From a virus (Duplodnaviria; Caudoviricetes), in IMG/VR virus record IMGVR_UViG_3300017780_003104, positions 64,001 to 128,000 of that record: a DNA stretch of 64,000 bases; one strand, given 5' to 3'. Shown here piece after piece: positions 58,745-64,000 of the stretch (its first letter is position 1; each line of letters starts with the position of its first letter). The notes under the pieces were generated by a model, which was given only the letters and a program-made list of their open reading frames with translations, searched no databases and was not told the DNA's origin. Made by a program: the position numbers and the translations under genes.

Positions 58745-59434
58745 ATGAGTGAAGTATATCAAATAATTACAGACGAAGCAGCCCTTCGAGAATATATCGA
58801 ATGGTTGCCTGATTGTAAAGAAAACGAGCAGTTTTATTTGACACTGTTTTCCCGAAAGAAGTATTGTCCAGAGATGCCTTGGATCAAAAGTGACAAAGGA
58901 CAACTTGCTAGAAAGACTAGTTCTAAAGATTATCTTTATGATAAGATCGCTCAAATGGAGTGTAAGGTTGGTGCTTATAGAATGGAGGGCAATCCCGTTC
59001 CACAAAAAGCACTGGCTTGTTATGTATCAGTGAATCCGAGAGACTTGTGGAGAGCTACGCTTCGTAGTATCGGTAAGTTGGCTACGGTGCTGGAATGTGG
59101 TGGTAGGAACTCCAATCCCCATCAAGAAGTAATGTCTGAAATTCAGAAGAACACGGGTACACGTAAGTATATCGGATTTGATATCGATGATAAAGACGAA
59201 ACACTAATTCGGAATTGTATCGATACCGCTAGTGGTATGTGTGATGTGGTAGAAACCCGTGGTGGTTATCATCTATTTGTCCATAAGGATAAAGTTGATA
59301 AGATCAAGGGTAAGAACACTTGGTATCAGGAGTTGTCTAAACATTCTGATGTTCAAGGTGATATCATGTCACCTCCTTGTGGAACATACCAAGGTGGGCA
59401 TACGGTCAGGTTTAAATATAGGTGTAAAGACTAA
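58745..59434 (+). CDS. Putative AEP/PrimPol-like nucleotidyltransferase
   Basis: hhhDxD (IGFDIDD) and T.GG.H (ETRGGYH) motifs. Confidence 0.5.
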   Translation: MSEVYQIITDEAALREYIEWLPDCKENEQFYLTLFSRKKYCPEMPWIKSDKGQLARKTSSKDYLYDKIAQMECKVGAYRMEGNPVPQKALACYVSVNPRDLWRATLRSIGKLATVLECGGRNSNPHQEVMSEIQKNTGTRKYIGFDIDDKDETLIRNCIDTASGMCDVVETRGGYHLFVHKDKVDKIKGKNTWYQELSKHSDVQGDIMSPPCGTYQGGHTVRFKYRCKD

Positions 59435-59438
59435 AGTT

Positions 59439-59837
59439 ATGACCATTAAAGAACATTTAGAAAAAATCAAGAGTTTGTCCGAAGAAATAGACACTCTCAA
59501 AGATAAAATAGATTCCCATGTAGTAGATGTGGCCTATAGATTCTCTAGAGTGAATCCAAACGAGCATAATAGACCATCATCCAAGGAAAATTTTGGAGAT
59601 TGGTATATTGGGGAAAATACGGTTATATGTAATTGGATTAATTTTTGGTCTTATGGTGGGTATGATGAAGGGACTGTTAGTGTTCCGATTGATTATATCT
59701 ATGATAATGAGAGATTCGAAGAGTTTATACACCAGTGCGAAATCACTAAAAAAACTCAAAAATTACTATCAGAAAGACATGTGTTACAACAGAAAAGGTT
59801 GTTTTTTGATCAATTGAAAAGGGAGTTGGGTCAATAA
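59439..59837 (+). CDS. Hypothetical protein (start reassigned to MTIKE)
   Basis: ATG 4 nt after upstream stop. Confidence 0.6.
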   Translation: MTIKEHLEKIKSLSEEIDTLKDKIDSHVVDVAYRFSRVNPNEHNRPSSKENFGDWYIGENTVICNWINFWSYGGYDEGTVSVPIDYIYDNERFEEFIHQCEITKKTQKLLSERHVLQQKRLFFDQLKRELGQ

Positions 59838-59843
59838 TCTAGC

Positions 59844-59871
59844 TTGACATTAATTAAAACCAAATTACAAT
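59844..59871 (+). promoter_or_regulatory. Box promoter with -35
   Basis: TTGACA-TTAATTAAAACCAAAT-TACAAT-N13-ATG59885. Confidence 0.85.
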
Positions 59872-59884
59872 ACGAGTCATCCTT

Positions 59885-60226
59885 ATGAAAATATATGATA
59901 TTGAAGCTTATATGGCCCCACCTATCGATAAGTGGTCAAAACTTATAGGGTTTCAATATATGAGAAAATCATATGCTGAAGGTGCATGGGCTATGCTTAA
60001 ATCGCATTATAACCAAAGGACTGAACATCGTCTATTATGTGATGGTGTGGCTGTTGAACAGGTTGGTAAACAAACAGTAAAGGTTAATTCTGTGGTTGTT
60101 GATATCAAAGTTTGTGAAAATTGCTTTCAAAAAGTTAATATAGATGATAATACTGGACACGGTATGTATTGCGACTATGTATATGGGCGAAGAGGGTGGC
60201 GACAATTAGGGGCATACGACGGTTAA
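59885..60226 (+). CDS. Hypothetical protein
   Basis: 113 aa; TTGACA-box-TACAAT promoter upstream. Confidence 0.65.
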   Translation: MKIYDIEAYMAPPIDKWSKLIGFQYMRKSYAEGAWAMLKSHYNQRTEHRLLCDGVAVEQVGKQTVKVNSVVVDIKVCENCFQKVNIDDNTGHGMYCDYVYGRRGWRQLGAYDG

Positions 60227-60231
60227 TTTAT

Positions 60232-60672
60232 ATGAACACAAAACAGGTAATAGTAATTCGAAAAGACCTCAATATGAGGAAGGGTAAGATGTGTGCTCAA
60301 GCTAGTCACGCATCTATGTCATTTTTAACAAAAGATGGATACCCTAAACATGACGTTGAATATGGTTCTGGGCATGAAAATGATTTTCATGCATTCTACT
60401 TCGCCAATTATTCTCTTCAAATAGAAAAACATTTTTATGAAATTGATCATTGGATTAAAAACTCCTTCCGTAAAATCTGCGTCTATGTAAATTCTGAAGA
60501 GGAATTAGATGCCCTTCACCAAAAGGCTCTTGACAAAGGACTCATATCACATATGATTATTGATAATGGAGTGACTGAATTCAATGGAGTTGCAACAAAG
60601 ACTTGTCTAGCAATCGGTCCCCATGAAGACTCCAAGTTTATTGGTTTGACTGACCATCTTCCTCTTCTTTAG
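60232..60672 (+). CDS. pth2: Peptidyl-tRNA hydrolase, Pth2 family
   Basis: KQVIVIRKDL.M.KGK..AQ.SHA, RKI, I.DNG.TE, T.LAIGP, TDHLPLL. Confidence 0.92.
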   Translation: MNTKQVIVIRKDLNMRKGKMCAQASHASMSFLTKDGYPKHDVEYGSGHENDFHAFYFANYSLQIEKHFYEIDHWIKNSFRKICVYVNSEEELDALHQKALDKGLISHMIIDNGVTEFNGVATKTCLAIGPHEDSKFIGLTDHLPLL

Positions 60673-61342
60673 GTTTCCAACCTTTATGAGATTTATGTCT
60701 ATCGGGTTTGGTGAAGAGTCTATGTATTATTCGGGCATTTAAATGATATTTGCGTGCAAATTCACACATATTTTCTCCGACGATAATATCTCCAAAATCC
60801 TTATGGGTCAAAACTCTTGTTTTTCTATTAAATTCAGATTCTGGGTATGATATATTGGCCGAGCACCACCCCTTCATCTGTTTCTTTTTCCCTTTAAGTA
60901 TCTTAGACATGGAAGATCGATCAACTCCGATATAATTAGAAGCCTCTGTCATCGAAGCAAAACTTATAATCTCACCAGTCTGAATATTTTTAATAGCACA
61001 GGGAATTTTTAATAATTCTGAACATCTATATTCATTTCCGAGGGTCATGTTGAAATTGGGTTTAATATTTGCGTTATATCTTTTAATATAAACTTCTTCT
61101 TTCAAAGCAATTTCATTATCTGTCAAATATGATAATTCCTCTATTATAGTGTAAATAAAATCAGACTTCCCATATTTATTGTAATGATTTTGTAGATATG
61201 GATTTTTATGTTTGTTGGTTTTAAGATAATATCTATGATTGCTCCATCTAATTTTTATATTTGTGGAATATCCGATATAAATTCTTCCCGTCGATACACT
61301 TTTAATATGATAAATTCCTCGAATTTGGGGTCCAATAGCCAT
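60638..61342 (-). mobile_element. Free-standing GIY-YIG homing endonuclease
   Basis: GIYHI..GRIYIGYS, E..YI, FN motif, NUMOD-like C-terminus; TAAATA-N5-ATG; 3' end overlaps pth2 antisense. Confidence 0.88.
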
Positions 61343-61356
61343 ACATTTATTTAGTC

Positions 61357-61384
61357 TTGACACTCATTAAAACCATGATAAAAT
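61357..61384 (+). promoter_or_regulatory. Degenerate box promoter with -35 at the edge of the GIY-YIG insertion
   Basis: TTGACA-CTCATTAAAACCATGA-TAAAAT. Confidence 0.7.
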
Positions 61385-61428
61385 ATGAAAAATTTGAAGA
61401 AGTCACAGATCACTTACCACTATTATGA
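61375..61428 (+). pseudogene. Displaced duplicate pth2 3' end (KFEEVTDHLPLL*)
   Basis: 9/12 aa identical to the pth2 C-terminus KFIGLTDHLPLL; its TGA overlaps the ATG of the next gene. Confidence 0.8.
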
Positions 61429-61877
61429 GTATGTTCGACAAATATAAATTTCTACATGGATTACCATTAGAAGGTCAAAAAATAATCTTTAAAAGATGTC
61501 CTATGAGTTGGTTTACCAATGTAGTAGAGGATTCTAAAAGATTGGTAATTGATCAGGAATACACGGTCAGGAAAACCCAATTAAACTCTTCATCTACGTA
61601 TGTTTGGTTAGAGGAGTTTCCAAATATTTTTGATCCTAATGATCTTAATGATGGAAGGGATCAACCATTTTTTTGTATGAGTAGTTTTGAGTGGATTAAG
61701 CCCGAACCTAAATTAGAGGATTTAATAGGATTTAATGTTAGAGACTTAGCAACCATTAATAATATTTTTGGATGGGGTGTTGAACTAGATGGTAAAGTTT
61801 GGTTATGTGGTGATCCCATGTTAATAATTGAATATGGAATTCATAACACTGTTGTAACAGCTAAATTTAAAGAATAA
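61425..61877 (+). CDS. Hypothetical protein
   Basis: 150-aa ORF; ATGA overlap with the pth2 relic. Confidence 0.65.
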   Translation: MSMFDKYKFLHGLPLEGQKIIFKRCPMSWFTNVVEDSKRLVIDQEYTVRKTQLNSSSTYVWLEEFPNIFDPNDLNDGRDQPFFCMSSFEWIKPEPKLEDLIGFNVRDLATINNIFGWGVELDGKVWLCGDPMLIIEYGIHNTVVTAKFKE

Positions 61878-61881
61878 TAAT

Positions 61882-62076
61882 ATGAATATGATTAGTGAAA
61901 TGTGTGAAAATAGTAAACCAACACCGGAACAAATTTCGGAATATAAAAATGAGAGTGATCATGATAAGAGGATTGAATTAGCTTATGAATATCAAATCTC
62001 TAAAGCGGATTTGTGTTCGGAAGATTACATTGAAATCTTAGATGATATGTATAAAGCTTTAAATGAAACATTATAA
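61882..62076 (+). CDS. Hypothetical protein
   Basis: 64-aa ORF. Confidence 0.55.
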   Translation: MNMISEMCENSKPTPEQISEYKNESDHDKRIELAYEYQISKADLCSEDYIEILDDMYKALNETL

Positions 62077-62763
62077 ATCTAAATCCCTTTTTATTTCCAT
62101 GATTAATGATTGTATGTTGTCGATATTGATCCTATTACCTTTGGATATATTCTCTTTAGCCCACATGGGTTGTAGGTTTTTATAGTAAAAACATATTTTT
62201 TGATGATCATCTTTGGTGAAATCAAAAAAACTACAAGGGATAATGTGATCTATATGCCAACCATCATGACCATAATTATCCCATGACATTCCCATAGTAA
62301 ATTTAGACTCTAAATTTATTTTCAATTCTTCAAATGAGATACCAGTCATATTAAGAGTGGATTCCTTTTTACTTCTTCCCTTTAATGCAGATCTCATCCT
62401 ATCTCTCATATTTTTAGCGATTTTGTTGGTAGGATTTTTTAGCCAGTTATTTCTTTGTATTCTTGCTTTAATCTTATAATCTTCGGATGAAGATCTTTTC
62501 CTTTTTTCGATTAAAAATTTTTCTCTATATTCAGGATCAGTTGACATTCTTAGTTTAAAATATGCATTAGTTTTTTTAATTTCTTCTACGGTCTTTTTCT
62601 TTATTTTTTCTGGATGATTTGATCTATATTTCTTAATACTAAGTTGATTACAGGATTTACAATAACTCCTGATACCACTTTTTCCTAATTTTTGTTTGCT
62701 AAAATTATCCAACGTTTTCTCTATCTCACATTGACTACATCGCTTGACATTTACTTCACACAT
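62071..62763 (-). mobile_element. Free-standing HNH homing endonuclease
   Basis: CSQC..CKSC Zn finger, WHIDHIIP..F..C..Y.NLQPMW..EN..KGN; TAAATA-N5-ATG. Confidence 0.85.
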
Positions 62764-62813
62764 GCTATTATTTAATATATTCGGTTCGAAAACCGAAGGA
62801 AATACTCAAAATT

Positions 62814-63479
62814 ATGAACTTATTTATTATTCGTCACGGTGAGTCTGTTGGAAACAAGTCACCATCGGTTTATTTTGAAAAACTTGATTGTCAAATTGAG
62901 TTGACTGAAAAAGGAGAAGAAGATGCGGGAAGCGCATACAATTCTATATTAAGTATTTGTGATCAACTTTGGTTAGATAAATATCAAGACAATCCAATTT
63001 TACGAGAACCGATACATTTTAATATGTATTATAGTCCATATGTTAGATCACAGCAGACTGCTAATATCATTTGTAATAAGATTAGCACAACTCCGGGATA
63101 TACGGTAAATCAATATATAGAAAGTCCATTATGCAGAGAACGCGAATGGGGCGGTCTTAGAGATATTGTGAATATGGGTAAGAAAACGGAAGACCATTTT
63201 AATTTCTTCTATAGACCTACCAATGGAGAATCATTTGCTGATTGCTTTCAAAGAGTTGCGATATTTCACCAATGGCTATCGAGCAATACCAAATATGAAA
63301 ATAATATTATAGTAGCTCATGGGGAATTTAATAAATTATATTTGATGTATTTGCTTGGGTGGGATGTTGAAGAGTTTAATAAATGGAAGACCCCCAGAAA
63401 TGGCGAAGTGTATTTGATACGAGATGGGGTTCTGAGTAGTATAACACCGTTGACCCATAAATATATAAATGGAAAATAA
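62814..63479 (+). CDS. Histidine phosphatase (phosphoglycerate mutase superfamily)
   Basis: RHGES, SPY.R..QTA, EREWG, GES, VAHG. Confidence 0.9.
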   Translation: MNLFIIRHGESVGNKSPSVYFEKLDCQIELTEKGEEDAGSAYNSILSICDQLWLDKYQDNPILREPIHFNMYYSPYVRSQQTANIICNKISTTPGYTVNQYIESPLCREREWGGLRDIVNMGKKTEDHFNFFYRPTNGESFADCFQRVAIFHQWLSSNTKYENNIIVAHGEFNKLYLMYLLGWDVEEFNKWKTPRNGEVYLIRDGVLSSITPLTHKYINGK

Positions 63480-64000
63480 AAGATATTATGCTGGGATCGG
63501 GTCTAGATCGGCCCCAACAAATATTCAAAAGGTTATGACCGAATTAGCCAGTGAACTATGTGATATGGGATACTGGCTAAGATCTGGAAATGCCGATGGA
63601 AGTGATCAAGCTTTTGCTAAAGGTGTTTACGATAAAAAAGCTCAGATATGGCTACCGTGGAAAGATTTCAATTTTACATTTCAATTAGCTCATCCTAAAC
63701 ATACATATAAAGTTATTAGAGATGATGATTCGGACGCATTTAAATCGATAGAGAAGTTTCATCCCAAACCATCGAGATTAGGTGGTTTTGGTATTAAGCT
63801 TATGGCTAGAAATTATAGACAAATGATTGGAGAAAACGAACCCGATTCACAATTTGTTATATGTTGGACTACTGATGGAAATATGGTCGGTGGAACGGGA
63901 CAAGCATGGAGAATTGCTTTACATTCCAAAATTCCAGTGTATAATCTTCACGATATGTCGAAGGATCAAGTGATCAAAGAGATTCAAAAATTAAACTTAT
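63469..64000 (+). CDS. SLOG/DprA-like protein (partial, runs off window)
   Basis: Translated by hand: MENKRYYAGIGSRSAP...LRSGNADGSDQAFAKG...WT..G..GGTGQA. Confidence 0.75.
   Translation, partial: MENKRYYAGIGSRSAPTNIQKVMTELASELCDMGYWLRSGNADGSDQAFAKGVYDKKAQIWLPWKDFNFTFQLAHPKHTYKVIRDDDSDAFKSIEKFHPKPSRLGGFGIKLMARNYRQMIGENEPDSQFVICWTTDGNMVGGTGQAWRIALHSKIPVYNLHDMSKDQVIKEIQKLNL

Larger units (their letters stand above)
1614..62774 (-). promoter_or_regulatory. 13 T4-type late promoter cores (TAAATA) 5-7 nt before minus-strand starts
   Basis: Hexamers at 1614, 3622, 11549, 15641, 18854, 22312, 23151, 29974, 30303, 31291, 45413, 61348, 62769 (low coordinate of TATTTA on +). Confidence 0.85.

Noticed and set aside
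60634-61428. Group I intron in pth2
   Set aside because: The insert is almost wholly an antisense ORF with no room for a ribozyme core, and pth2 already has a complete C-terminus before it.
62780-62806. TTCGGTTCGAAAACCGAA imperfect palindrome or box before the histidine phosphatase
   Set aside because: AAAACCGAA is present but there is no properly spaced -10; kept only as weak support in the endonuclease-cassette finding.
1-64000. Stop-codon reassignment (code 15 or 4)
   Set aside because: Conserved genes are full length and tile the window under code 11; TGA is used in ATGA overlaps and TAG ends pth2 at the expected position.
1-64000. tRNA, rRNA or large ncRNA genes
   Set aside because: Intergenic gaps are mostly under 90 bp and AT-rich; no cloverleaf or T-loop signature seen by eye. 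tRNAscan/Infernal would confirm.

Overview
This is a 64-kb, AT-rich, densely coding segment of a large T4-like myophage (standard code 11). No tRNA, rRNA, CRISPR array, integrase or capsid/portal gene is visible. Layout: (i) 0.7-18.8 kb, minus strand: tail-appendage and baseplate-periphery genes with a GT2 glycosyltransferase at the 3' end. These include three Thr/Pro-rich mucin-like proteins sharing a C-terminal C-x3-C-x2-LKF, lectin-like proteins, two Mtd_N-like fibre proteins and a gp10-C-like protein. (ii) 18.9-21.7 kb: dTDP-sugar enzymes and a clamp-loader subunit. (iii) 21.7-45.4 kb: gp25, gp6, gp14, gp17 terminase, gp3-like, gp18 sheath, gp19 tube, hub, tape-measure-like, gp53 and lysozyme. 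(iv) 45.4-64 kb: early accessory region with phosphoesterases, a RadA-like ATPase, cREC, HAD, macro, DNA ligase, two RNA ligases, NADAR, an AEP-like protein, Pth2, a histidine phosphatase, SLOG and three free-standing homing endonucleases. Main findings: (1) An apparently leaderless expression programme: 26 genes have TAAATA-N5-7-start and 9 have TAnnnT-N6-ATG, with no Shine-Dalgarno sites seen at these starts. (2) A conserved 16-bp promoter box, TTRATTAAAACCGAAN, abutting the -10 hexamer in 11 copies and often overlapping the upstream stop codon. (3) An antisense GIY-YIG endonuclease inserted in the 3' end of pth2, with a synonymously recoded duplicate of the C-terminus on the other side. (4) A candidate virion O-glycosylation ('phage mucin') system. 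Product calls come from motif recognition by eye; no database search was run. All counts are manual.
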